NCBI GenBank assembly: GCA_010015805.1
Contig: ML978127.1
Span: 1,612,001 to 1,676,000 of the forward strand
Direction: 5' to 3'
DNA from: Rhizodiscina lignyota
Lineage: Eukaryota
Length of the DNA: 64,000 nt
The notes under the pieces are model-generated. The model made no database searches and was not told where the DNA came from. It saw only the letters and a list, made by a program, of their open reading frames with translations. Below are positions 34,752 to 47,933 of the stretch, one piece after another. Position 1 is the stretch's first letter, and every line of letters begins with the position of its first letter. Both the position numbers and the translations under genes were made by a program.

Positions 34752-37413
34752 ATGGCCGAAGCCTTGGCCGTCGTGGGCGTTGTTGCAAGCATCGTTCAGT
34801 TGGTTGATTTCGGATCCAAGGTCCTCCAAAGGCTGCACGAATACCAGACAGCTTTTGGAGAGATACCGAAATCGTTTCGAGCTATCAAACGGGAGCTACC
34901 AATTCTACTTGATACGCTTGAACAGACTAAATCTGCGGCGAAGAACGATAGTTTAAGAGAGGAAACGAAATTCGCCCTCCTTCCTGTAGTTGAGGGTTGT
35001 GTTGGCGATGTCAAAGCCCTGGACGATATCATTAGCAAGAATCTGCCAGTCGCTGGTGACTCCTTTGGAAAAAGGAGCCGGAAAGCAGTTACAAGCCTTC
35101 GACTGGATGCCAGAGTGAACAGGATAGTCGCCGAGATTCAAAGTCACGTCCGCGCTCTGACGTACTATCATGCCGCTGCAGCGTCAACAGGGAAAACCGG
35201 ATCAAGTACGTATCCTTCTTCGAGTGGGCATGAGAAGTACTGAACAAGCAGGTGTATCAGCTTCGCGGCCAACCTCGTCTTCCACCGTCCCCTTTCAGCG
35301 CGACCCCGACTTCGTCGACCGCGGCGACCTTCTCTCACGAGTCGACGAACGATGCTCACAGCCGGCTGGCCGCGCAGCCCTAGTTGGACTGGGGGGTGTT
35401 GGGAAGTCTCAGCTAGCGATCGAATATACCTACCGAACACGAGACCGTTCACTGGATACATGGGTTTTCTGGGTGCACGCAAGCAACGCAACTCGATTTG
35501 AGCAGGGCTATCGAGATATTGCACATATGGTCAGGATAGCGGGACGAGACGATCCAAAAGCGGATATATTCAAGCTGGTGCATGACTGGCTTCGAGAGCA
35601 CAAGGGAAAGTGGCTGATGATTCTCGATAACGTCGACGATGCTGGCTTTCTCATTGACTCTCAGCCGGTCGAGCAGAGCCAGTCGAGCGACTCTTCCCGC
35701 CAAGTTCTCCGACCGCTTCGAGAATACCTTCCTCAAAGCCAGAACGGATCGATTCTTATAACGACGAGGAGTCGAGAGTCAGCGTTGAAGTTGGTGGAGC
35801 AGAATGGCATAGTCATGGTCGATCCGATGGACAAAGCGGACGCATTTGAGCTTTTAGACAAGAAGCTCGAGCCAACGGTGCAAAGAAATGACGAGGACAA
35901 TACGAGGCTCGTGGCAGCACTGGAGCGCATGCCACTTGCTATTGTCCAGGCAACCGCGTATATCTCTCAAATGGCGCCACGATGCTCGGTGCGACAATAC
36001 ATTGAAGAGTTCCAGAAAAGTGATCGTAGGAAGTCAAGTCTCTTAAATCACGAAGGAGGGCAACTCCGCAGAGATGGCGAGGCGAAGAACTCGATTATCA
36101 TCACGTGGCAGTTATCTTTCGAGCACATCCGTCAGGCAAGACCGTCAGCAGCAGACCTCTTGTCTCTCATGAGCTTTTTCGACCCACGGGGCATTCCAGA
36201 GGGTCTAGTTCGCACTCGATCTGAAGACGGACGACAAGCAGATGGGAATAGAGACGGTGGTGCAGAGGACGACGACGACGACAGCCAGTCTGAGTCGAGT
36301 GAGGATGACAGGTTTGAGGCTGATGTTCAGACGCTCAGAAACTTTTCCTTTCTCACACTAGGCGCAAACCCCACAGTGTTCGAGATGCACAAGCTCGTGC
36401 AGCTGGCCACACGGAAGTGGTTAGAAGCAAGCGAGCAGTTCGAGAGATGGAAGCAGCAATACGTCAGCAACCTCTATATCGAAGTGCCAACAGGGTCATA
36501 TGAAAACTGGGCCAAATGCGCCACACTTTTTCCTCACGTTCAATCGGCGATCTCGCAGCGACCTAAAGACAGAGATTCATTGTTGCAGTGGGCTTCAATA
36601 TTGTTTAACGGTGCATGGTATGCATTGCAACGTGGGACGGTGGCTAGCGCACTGGAGATGTCTACAAAAGCAATGAAAACTAGAGAAACATTACTCGGGC
36701 AAGAGGACGAAGCGACATTGAGTAGTATGGATATGGTGGGAACGGTGTACAACTTGGTGGGACGTTGGAAGGAGGCTGAAAAACTGAGACTGAAAGTGAT
36801 GGAGACTCGCAAGAAGGTGCTTGGTGACGACCATCCATGCATGTTGACCAGCATAGCCAACCGAGCGTCGACGTATCTGAATCAAGGGCGATGGAATCAG
36901 GCCGAAGAGCTAGGGGTGCAAGTAACAGAGATGAGTAAGAAGGTATTAGGCGACGACCATCCAGTCACGTTGATCAGCATAGCTAATCTAGCGCTCACGT
37001 TTTGGAAGCAAGGACGATGTACGGAGGCTGAAGAGCTAGAGGTACAAGTGATAGAGACTCAAAAGAAGGTGTTTGATGACGGCCATCCCTCTACGCTGGC
37101 TAGTATGACTAACCTGGCGTCGATGTATGGGGATCAAGGACGGTGGAAGGAGGCTGAAGAGCTGCAGCTGCAAGTAATAGAGACTCAGAAAAGGGTGCTT
37201 AGTGACGACCATCCAGACACGTTGATCAGTATATGTAACCTTGCACACACCTTCAAAGGTTTAGGCAAATATGATGATGCTATAGTATTGATGCAGGAAT
37301 GCTATGAAAAGCAAAAGGGAATCATCGGTCCAGATCACCCTGACACCAAGACTTCGGAGGAAGCGTTAAACCGGTGGCGTATGGAGCATTTGCGCTTGGA
37401 TGCTTCAACATAA
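34752..37413 (+). CDS. Fungal NLR-like STAND protein: SesA/HeLo-like N-terminus + NB-ARC + TPR repeats
   Basis: MAEALAVVGVVASIVQLVDF N-terminal helix; intron ~35206-35251; P-loop GLGGVGKS, Walker B LMILDNVDD, ILITTR, MHKLVQ; 42-aa LGDDHP-type TPRs. Confidence 0.92.
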
Positions 37414-38732
37414 CGTCCACGCTGTGAGCAATGAAGGTTAATGTCTAACTTCCATCGCCGTTCCCTTATATCAAAGCAGATTCAATCAATTTTATATACA
37501 TCATGCTGAGGCTATCGTGATACTGGACGTACGCTACAGTATGTGTGCCTCTGACTTGCAGACGGAACCATGTCGGCTGCTCGGTGTTCCTCCATGTACT
37601 CCGTAGGGTTTGTTCACACCTTTCGGGCTTAAGGAACATACGCGGAGCTAGTTTTTCAAGCTGAGCAGCAATAGGAACAGCTCTTGCTAAGAGTTGCTAG
37701 GTGCTTGCTACTCAAATAATGAGGGGTGATCACTATCACTTTCTGCTGATAAGGCTTTTTGCGTACATTAGGGGGTGCTTCGGATAGCGACGAATTAGTT
37801 GTTCGCCGCACACCAGCGTAATTAACCAATAAAACCACCGAAATTTTCATATTAAAGTCGTTGAAGCAATGAAAATTGATAGAAAATTGATTTTCGTGAC
37901 TGCTACAAATAGATTCCGTGCGTGGACGGAGCACATGGTCCATTCCGCATGACGTATGCACTTTAACAAAGAACTTGGCATCGTTGCTTTCATAATCGGA
38001 AGCTAACATGCGCTTCAGGGGCTGTAGATGCAAATGTCGTCCTCCTTGACGAGAGTCAATTGCAAATGGACCCAGCTCTGCAGCCGGTCAGATGTCGTTT
38101 TAAGCTAGACATCGGAAGGCCAAAGACCTCCGAACGTCTGGAGAGTCGAGCCCCACAACTCGGCGCCAGGATCACAATCAATCTTCCGCACACGTGGGCG
38201 CCATCAACCCTTTCTCATGGCTGACTCCCCTGAGCGAGCTATTCGCAAGTCCTCCTCCGATTCCACTCTATGCGCGTCTGGATAATCTGCTTGATATAAC
38301 CGTACAGCATGCAGAAGAGTATCGTAAAACCTGCCAGGCACGACGTACCGTTTCTCAGCATCCTCCCCACGCGGACATCCTCAACTCCCCGGCGCTACCG
38401 CCGATAACTGGTAGATGTCAAGATCCATTCGAGTTGTTCCCAGTTCTATATTCCTTTCGGATCAATTACGTAGCGCACGACTCGAACGGTCTGCAGAGAA
38501 GATGTTCTGCTCAGTTCATCTTTACCACGTGCTCTTGCTGCCGTCTAAGAATGGCCGAGATAATCTCAGTTTTTATTCAGCTTCCAATTTGAGTCTTGGA
38601 ATTAGATTCAACATCTCACAGTATGCAGGTCCACAATCTATATAAAAGAGTTGCCTTTAAGGTGGCCTGGCCGTCCAATAGCCAGGCAAAGTCTCGCAAA
38701 GATTAAGTCGCGCGGAGAGCCAGCCACTCAAA

Positions 38733-40940
38733 ATGTTGCCCATCAAGGTCGTAACGCCCTCTCTCGTTCTTCTTGCATACGAGACCACACTCTCTTGGGC
38801 ACAAAGTTCCTCTCTTGGCGCGTACAACCCTCAATTGAATAATACGTTTCCACAGGGCTCAGGGCCTGTCATTCCGTACAATGGATCGGGAGAGGTTCCG
38901 GCTTTGTTCACCCTGTCTCCAGTTCCTGAACCGCTTCCAAAACTAAGGTACGCCCATAGATCTTGTTCTCTCAGCTCTGATTAGCATGCTAACCAATCAA
39001 AATAACAGCTCCCCTGAGATCGAAGATGCTATATTTAGCGAGATCGTCGCTGCATTCAGCCCTGATACAGTGCCAGGCTCGACGAATTGCTCGCAGTGTA
39101 TCTCTATGTATGAGATCTTCCATTTGGCCGCTCTGACTCAAACGCCAACTACGATTACCAATCTCTTGATTCGCACCTGTAATCACTTCGATCTCACGGT
39201 GAATGCGGCTACTTGTGAATCAGAGTACTCCGGCACTGGGGGGACGGGACCGTACTTAGCACAGGTGTTCCAAAAGATGAGTCTGGCGACCCAAGACATG
39301 CAAGCCTTTTGCCACTATGAGATGGGTCTCTGTGATATCCCCCCAGTAATCGAGATTGATGAAAGCGAGTGGTTTTCTCCGAAACCAGCGGATAAGATGA
39401 CAGCGCCTCCCCCTTGCGGTAAGTGTCAGTTTTCATTTATTCCGAAAGATGAAAATGGTTGCAGTCATACCACATATGCCCCGTCTAGCAAGTACGTGGA
39501 AAGCGAACTGACATGTCCATAGGCGAGACTATGCAAATCATACACTTTTCAGACTGGCATCTCGACCCCAGGTACGATATCGGATCGGAAGCAAACTGCA
39601 GTCAGAGCATGTGCTGTAGGTTTGACACCACAAATACAGCCCTGAATACGACTGTCGAAAATCCTTCATTGCCAGCATCAAGATGGGGTGACTTCATTTG
39701 CGACACGTCTGCCGACCTTGGCCTCTCTGCTTTTGCATCAATGCATAAGTTCTTGGATATCTCCAAGACTGAGTTCACTATCTTCACTGGCGATATCATC
39801 TCACATGATCCGGATGACCAGCAGAGTCGGGCGTATGTGGAGTACGAAGAGAAGATATCCTTTGAAACCTTCAAGGCTCAGCTTCCCGGAGTCGTGAGTA
39901 TCTGAACTAGTACATTTTTGGTCCGACGCTTTCCACTAATGCCATCATTACAGCCTCTATACGCGACTCTGGGCAATCATGACTCTATTCCTTCCGGCTT
40001 CAATGCACCGAACAATATCAACAATGGCACTGCTCCGAATCCGATGTCCTGGAACTACGAGTTCGTTTCCTCGATGTGGGAGAACGATCAGTGGATCTCA
40101 GGTGATGCTGCAAAATATGCAGCTACACATTATGGTGCGTACGCAACGACCACCAAGCAAGGGCTGAAGATCATCTCGTACAATTCGGACTTTTATTACA
40201 CGCCAAATCCCTACGTCTATTACAATTTCACCAATCCGGACGTGAGTGGTACCATGCGCTTCATTATTGACGAGCTCGAAGCTTCGGAGAAGGCTGGACA
40301 GCGAGTGTGGATCATAGCACACGTACCTTCAGGAGGCGGCTCCGCTACAACTAACCCTTCTGCGCTCTTTGCTTCGATAGTCCGCCGCTTCTCTCCTGCT
40401 ACGATCGCAGGAGTGTTTTATGGGCATACGCACCAGGATTCGAAGTCGATATACTACGACTTGAAGCCGCAAAATACATCATCTGGACTCGTAAACACTA
40501 CGGACATCAATTACGACTCTCCGCTCAATGTTGCGTGGGTGTGCCCATCTATAGCTCCACGGACGAATTACAACTCTGGCTGGGTGGTGTACCAGATTGA
40601 CAAGGAGACATTTGAAATAGTCAATTCTCAAACGTACTGGGCGAACATTTCCGACTCCCATTCACACAAATGGGATAAGGGGCCTGTCTGGGAACTCGAG
40701 TACGATACCCGCAAGACATATGACCCTGAAGGAGAATGGCCAAAAGACGCGCCGCTGAACGCGACATTCTTCGACAAAGTCACGCAGAAGATGGAGAGCG
40801 ATCCAAGTTTGGTTGACAGATACTCTTTTCTGGAGACGAAGCAAAGCTCGCAGGTGCCGGTGTGTTCAAATGATGACTGCAGAAAGAGTGTGATCTGCAA
40901 TATCCGTAGCGGCTCCGCGGCAGAGGCATCGCTGTGCTGA
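38733..40940 (+). CDS. Secreted acid-sphingomyelinase-like metallophosphoesterase (saposin-like + MPP)
   Basis: Signal peptide; Cys-rich saposin-like region; DWHLD, TGD, GNHD, HVP and GHTH motifs. Introns 38948-39008, 39419-39522 and 39894-39953. Confidence 0.92.
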
Positions 40941-41261
40941 TGAAGGCACACGTGTTACTCTGAGGCATCCAACTCAGGACAATGTTAAAGAAGTGTTGTG
41001 CTTTCCTTTCACCTGCTCTTTCCAATCCGATTGGGTGTCTGTTACGCCACAGGGCCTGAGCTTCAGTGTTTCTCTGCACTAGTACACAGTTACTCAAGAA
41101 TCGGCCGCCACGTCACTGTTGATCCGCGAATACGCGACGCGATACTGCCAAGCCCACGGGAAGTATAAATTCTCAGTCTCCTGTTTTGCTTCTCCTCTTT
41201 CTTACACTCCACACTCTTTCTCGTACGGCCGAGTGGCACACTTCTTCGAAGATCTTCCAAC

Positions 41262-42247
41262 ATGGCTGGACCTCAAGAGACCATCAATTTCGAGGAAGAA
41301 CGTTCACAAACACAACATCTCAAAAGCCGTCACACCTGCGACACATGCAAGCAGGCACACCTTCGCTGCGACCGAACCCGACCGATCTGTGGAAACTGCA
41401 CGCGAAGCAAGAGGGAGTGCAGCTACGCTCCGCTGACTGGATTTCGACAATACAACCAACCTCAAGAGCAAACTGCCGCGCCTGCATCTTCCAGCGAGGA
41501 TGATGACCCTTTCGGCCCTTTCGATCCTAATGGCCCTCGTACTGCCGAAGAGTATCTCGAACGATTTCTGGAGCGCAACCAAACTCCACCCCTGCTTGCA
41601 GCGAACAACGAATCACAGCAGCAGCAGAACCCAGCAGTAGTCCAAGGAGCACCTTCGATGACGCACCCGATGACACCTCAACCGATGCCCAGGGACACAG
41701 TGCGTGCTAACACTCCTCTTCTCATACATTTGGCATTGCAGTGGTACTTGTCCGATCAGTTTTACGTGTCAAACAGACTCACAGCGACGACCGACGACAT
41801 CATTGCGTTACATGTAGCGCTAGGTTTAAACGCATCGGCGACCTAAATGTACACAAGCTTATCCATGGCGGCGACAGACCACATCGTTGCGATAACTGTG
41901 GCTCGACTTTCACAAACCGCGGCAACCTAAACAGACATAAGAAGAGCGAAAAGTGCAAGCGCGCAGGCCCTCCGCCGACTCCCCCTCCGCCGCCTCCCCC
42001 TCAGCTCCCATTCGTGCCGTTCCTGCCAAACCCAACTCCTCCTGGCCACCAGCTGTTCGCCGCCCAGCAGCAGAATGCCGCCATCGAGCGGTACCAGCAG
42101 CAACTCAATGACCGGGAGCGGGCGTTGGGAGAGGTGCGCGCTGGGGCTGTGGAGATGGAGGCGATGCTGGAGGCGACGATGCTGGTCGCGGTCGTGAAGG
42201 AGGAGCTGCTGAGGCACATTCGTGCCTTCAAGCGCGCGGGACAGTAG
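41262..42247 (+). CDS. Transcription-factor-like gene: Zn2Cys6 cluster and two C2H2 fingers in different frames (junction uncertain)
   Basis: CDTCKQAHLRCDRTRPICGNCTRSKREC in ORF 41262-41846. CVTC..F...DL..HKLIH and CDNC..F...NL.RHKK in ORF 41741-42247. A possible phase-0 intron 41700-41776 would join them. Confidence 0.7.
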
Positions 42248-42935
42248 GAGGCATGGCACGGTTGGCGCCCTCACAATTCTCTCACACTGCTTTTGTAAGA
42301 TAGAAAGGGGAGTTCGAATGGAATCTGTACAACACCCAATTTCTCTTCACTCTACCTGCTCGCCTGTGATGTTGACCCTCTTGCCTTGGTATTTGGGAAG
42401 GCGTGTTGTTGTGGCACTTTGCCACAAATGGACGCCACTGACGTAATTTACGGATTTTCGTAAGTTATCGTAAACAGAGCGCGTAGATTCTACGCGTACC
42501 TAAACACATGCTCTAGATACGCGCGTCATCGAGAAGTGCTCCTTTGAACTCAGAGATATCTGTGTCTTTTCACCTCTCTGTCGCTTTTCACTAAGAGCGA
42601 CTGGCCGCGGAATATACAAATTGACTCAAGTCGGTACAGACGATACGAGTGGACTCAGTGAGTAATTAAATGTAATTTTCGTAAATAGCGCGATCTAGAC
42701 GGTAACAAGAAGGACTTAGAGGAATATTCACTCCACATCCCGTATAGTTCTGTGACTTTACGGGTGACGAAGCAAATATATTAAATTACGCAAGTCAGGG
42801 CACGCGTAACGAGTGGACTCTGCGCGTAATTAACCGCGCATGCGTCGATAGATACATCATATCTGAGCCTTCTCTAGCCTAACTTCAAGCGTATCATAAT
42901 CGTGTACACGAATATCATAATCATTTCCATCATAT

Positions 42936-45900
42936 TTATACACCAGGTCCAATAACCTTCCCTCTCGCACCCCCCCGTCCTCTTCCGCGATGCGAGCCTC
43001 TTCCTCTTTGCCCACCATCGCCTCTCGACTTATCTTCCGTTGCGGCAGGACCACCACTAGAGTCTCTCCTACTACCAGCATCGGCGCTGCCTCTACCTCT
43101 CTTACCCTTCCCCCTTCCGCCTCTTGTACCCTTTTCGTCCCTCCTGGCCTGCCGTTCGCGCTCACGCTCTTCCTCCATCACCTTGCGGCTCTCCATGTCC
43201 CACCACTCCTGGAACTCTTGCTCTTGTTGAATTTCTTGTAAGCTTCGTTTGGCAGTTGCCGCCTCACGGATGGCTGTCTTCTCTGCTAGTTGCTGAGACA
43301 GGATATCAGCCATACTGAGGCCTGTTGTTGGCTCCGAGGCCCGGGGGTTCGGTGTGTGTCGGATAGATTGGATTGCTGGGGGAGGAGTAGCTTGGGACGA
43401 TGTGGCAATGGTAGTTTTAGATTGAGCTGGCAACTGTGTCGAGTGAGGGCGAGAAGGAGATGGCGTTGCCAAAGGAGCCTTGGTGGTACCAGAAGGATCA
43501 GGCCAGGGACCTGCGAAATCTGGACGAGGAGAGGGCGCTGGCTCAGTAGCTTTCTGTTTCCCTGTGGAGCCTGTGCGTGCAACGGTTTGCCGCATCGTCA
43601 AAATGGGCGCAGTCACACTACGACTGACAGCGGAGTTGTTCGACGGTGCTGGCGAAGGTGCCTTCGGAATGTCTTTGACTGGAGCTTTCGGTCGCTGAAC
43701 AGTTTGCCACGGATTTCCTCTCTTCGAATCAGCTGGTGAGGCAGATGGTGTTGTCACGACAGGTGCAATTGGCGCGGACTTCGGTTGTTGAGCTTGCACT
43801 TGCTGCATCTTCTTTCTCTCCTTCTGTGATTGCTTTGTTTGGAAAGAGCCGCTCAATTGGTCTTCAGGCAGCTTAGGCCTGTTCTGTACCTGTGCAGAAA
43901 GCGCGAGTGAAATACTAGACGTGCGCGATGATGAAGCTTGTGCCATTATACCTTTCAGATCGAGCTTGCTTGCAAGAGGTGACCGCCCCCATGGACCATT
44001 GGGATCTACAGGCCTAAGAGACGGCGATAGTGATGTCGCAGCCGGGCTGCCAACTGGAGTCTTCTGTGCTGATGGAGAGACAGATTGACCTGGCGATGGT
44101 ATTTTCTTGCCACGACTGTCATACCATTGATCATCATCGACAATGGGAGAGCGTGACAAGAGTCCTCCGGATGGAGCTCTATGATGTTTTCTCATTGAAC
44201 TTGCTTCCAGTGGGGTCAGTTCGTCACCATCTTCGTCCATTGCGAACATGAAGTCGCCAGTAGATTGCTTCTTGCTCAGGATCGGGCCAGTTGACAATAC
44301 AGGTGATTTTGGCGTTCTTGGCCGCAATCGAGGCGATCGGTTTCCCGGCGTTTCATAGAACTCTCTGAAGTTATCCGTAGAGAGCGACCCAGTACGGTCT
44401 GTTGAGAAGTGCCGTGTTTGAAGCATCATGTAATCGACCTTAGCTCGCCTTTCGGCCTCGATTAGAGCCTCAAGCTCTGGGTGTGCTTCGCGCAGGCTGT
44501 CATCTAATGCGCCGCTACGTGTTACTTCTGAGCAGCGAAGCTGGACCATGCGAACGACGTCGTCAAGTTCGAAGAGCAAATCTTCGTCAAGTTCATTAAG
44601 AAGACTGAAATTTCGTTAGTCAGGTCAGAGATAAGATTCCGGAAAGTTCTTACCCTTGCGCGAGCAGTGCCTCCAAGTTTAGGCAGACATACTCTAGACC
44701 CTTGTCTTTGAACTCTGTGACAGAGCAAGGTGCAACCGCATTGAGTAACTGGGAGATATTTCGGACGGTTACTGAAATGGTCAGCTACCATTCGTGGTAT
44801 ACATAGAACGAAATATGGAAGACAAACCGTATTTGCCAACAATCTTTTGGCATATCTGGGAAAGGCGGTCTAGCATCAATTCGTTTGCCACACCCATGAC
44901 AGCAATCACTACATCCAAGAACTCGTCTAAACTGTCGGCCACAACATTGTTGAACAGTTCTTCGCCAGTATCAGCGTATATATGTCGGAGGACCATCATG
45001 AAGTGGCTCGACTCAATATGCTTAAGATCGACGTTGACCACATCCGCATCGCGCCGGTCGCTAAGCCATTGACCGCCAGCACGCCCAATGAAGAGACCTT
45101 CAAAGAACGGACAACGGCGACAGAGGACACCACTATGGACCAAGACCTCCGTATCGGCAAGTTGGACTAATACGTCGCCGTCTTCAAAGAATGTGTCGTC
45201 CTTGACTGCTAGCTCTAAATCTCGGTTCATCGCTGGTAGCGGAGGAACTTGTATGCGTACACCGCGTTCCAGCTCAGTCATTTCGAAGGCAGTCGCTACT
45301 TTGAGCATCTCCGTTCTAATTGACCGATACCGGAAGGCGAGTTTAGGGTAGAGCCGTGCAAGACCCCAAAATTCAACGATTAGATCACCATACAGATATA
45401 ACACCAGGTCGAAGACGGAGAGAAAATCTACCCCGTACAACGTAATTGTTGGAATACCATCGTCGCCGGTTTCGATGGACAGCAGATCCGGGATGGACCA
45501 GTCACCAGTTTCTCGAAACTCCGCCAGACCTCGCCGCAGAACTCGCGATCTTCCTGTGAGCATGAATTCATGCAGAGGGATCGCGACCTCGGATGTAGCA
45601 ACTTTGATTCGGATGTTATATGGCAACTCTGGATTTCTTGATCGATCGAGGACTTGTTGGACCTCCTTCTCTGCATCTTTGGCGCCCATGACGCGTCGTC
45701 GGACGTTATCCAGCACCGAGGGCTTGTTCCAGAATCTTGGGGGAGGATTCTCGTCTTCAGAGTCATCGCTCGGTTCGGCCATTTCTCTGAACGGTAAGAG
45801 CTTGAAGAGATCAGTCCACAGCGAAGAGGCATCCACTTCGATTTGCGTGCGCGTGACTGTGCAATCCTTTCGCACTGCGGCGTAGGCTCCATGAGCGGAC

Positions 45901-47933
45901 GAACGAACCGCCATCGCACGGGTCAAACCGGGAATGCGGGAGAACTTGTAGTCTTTAGCCTTATACTGTGCATTTTGTGAGGCAGTGGTCGAGATCTTGG
46001 TGCGTCTGACACGTCGCCAGACACTTCCCGCATCAGTAGTCAGGATGATCGAGCCATCTTGATCAACACCAACATCGCGAGCAGCCATGTGACTCTTTCG
46101 TAAATCCCAAATGCGATGAGCCTGGGAAAGAGCACCGCGGATCTTGACAGGATTGGTTGTCGAAGTAGATATGTTCTGTGCGAGCTCTGTTGGCTGATTG
46201 ACAGTGATTGTGTAAATCTCGCCAGCGGAGCTCATTGCACAAATCGTATTTCCACCAGCGGTGATTTTACAAATCCGATTTGGAGTGACTTCATAACGAG
46301 TTGCTGTGAAGCTTTGTTGTGAAAAATGGCTCGTGAAGCTGTCAAGCGTAAATTGGACTTTGGCGTAGCCATAGTTTGCAAAGACATAAACCTCATGGTT
46401 CTCCAAAAGGCAAATTGTTGCTCGATCGATAGCTGCAACGGAAGCTATGTTTGACGAAAAGAGTGAGGCTGCCACTCTACGTGGAATAACCTGCGACTCT
46501 AGCGAGCGAGCCTCAGAGTCGACAATTCCAAGTTGTCCTTCGTTCTTGCCGAATGTATAAAGCGAGGTCAAAGTGTGAGCGACAGAATGTATGCGTGATG
46601 CCGCAACGCCAACGACGATCTCACGCTTGAGCGTTCCGAATATCTGGCGCGGGACGGTCTGGGTAGGATCTTCGTCGCTAGAAACAGACTTTGGAAGAGC
46701 ATAGCCAAGCTGGCCAAAGCCATTGTTTCCCCAAGAGAAGATGTCTCCCTCTTCCGATATCGCTAACGTATGGTTCTGGCCGAGAGCGACCGAGACGATC
46801 TTGCGGCCGGCAAGGGCGCCGCCTTCAATACAGACAAACTGAAATCGTGTTCGTTCGTCGCCAGTGCCAAGGCGACCACCCTGGCCATGTCCACACATAT
46901 AAAGATTGGCCTCGGGATCCGTTGTTAGTACGGCTGTACTGAACTTTGCCATGTACACATCTTGGATGACGATAGGCTTGCTGCGAATAACAGATGGCAA
47001 AGAGGCCGTGGACGCCTGAATAGACTGAGAAGCTGACAGATCACCGATTGAACCGTCTATCGTACTCTTCTCCTTAGATTGGGCTTCCAGATGTTCGGCG
47101 TAAAGTCGTTGCAATAAATGATCAGGCCGTCTCAACGTGATGCGCTCCGGATACTGACGATCATCTTCATCTCCGAAACCAAGAGTAACATTTCTATTGC
47201 TACCGAAAGTGAAGACTTCGTCGCCTCGCAAGTTGATATATATGTTCTTGCTCGTTTCTGGAGCATATTCCACATCGACTTGAGGAGTCTCTTCCGGGAG
47301 GCGATCTTCGTCATCTTCTCCAGGGCCTGGTCCAGAGGCATGCGCTGCCGACATTCCCAAGCGATCTGATTCCAGGGTATTGGCGAAAAGATCTAATGGA
47401 CCATTACCTTCGCGGTCTTTAATTTTGATGAGGCCCATTGACGATGAGAGGAATCCTGTTGCGCCTGGCCCAAGCGTATCATGCGTGTCACGATTCAAGA
47501 TTGCGCATGCGATGGAAATATTGCCATGATAGAAAGCGCGATGTAGCGCAGTCCACCCGCTTTCCAGGTCCTGAATGTAGATGTCCGTAAGTGGCTGCTC
47601 CAGCAGTGCGGTGGCGAAAGCAAATGCATTTTCCGATGTCGAGGACGCAGCGAGATGTAGTAGAGTCCTGCCAAGCGCATCTCGTCTGTTCACATCTGCT
47701 CTTGTCAAGGATGCCGTCCCAAGCGCTGTGAGATATGTATCGCTCTTTCTTGGTGTCTTGGTCAAGAAGGTTGGACTGGTCCCGAGGCTTCCAGGACTTC
47801 CAACGCCCAGTGCTATGTTACTCCCATGGCCCTTGCTCGCGCTCGCCCTATTAACATAATTTGCGCTTTCCAGCAGCTGCCGGAAGCTCTCAACATCATC
47901 ATCGAGATAGTATTTCCAAAGGTATCCGCTCAT
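42936..47933 (-). CDS. Ankyrin + RCC1 + BTB/POZ protein (Btb1/IBTK-like Cul3 adaptor)
   Basis: Ankyrin DLESGWTALHRAFY; RCC1 repeats FGSNRNVTLG, GQGGRLG and WGNNGFGQLG; BTB HSGVLCRRCPFF. Introns ~44827-44772 and ~44653-44604; C-terminal SLQEIQQEQEF and RGG tail. Confidence 0.9.

Noticed and set aside
34300..38700. Amyloid-motif effector gene adjacent to the NB-ARC-TPR NLR
   Set aside because: I found no short G/N/Q-rich motif ORF or HET, gasdermin or lipase effector in the flanks by eye; an HMM scan would be needed to exclude it fully.
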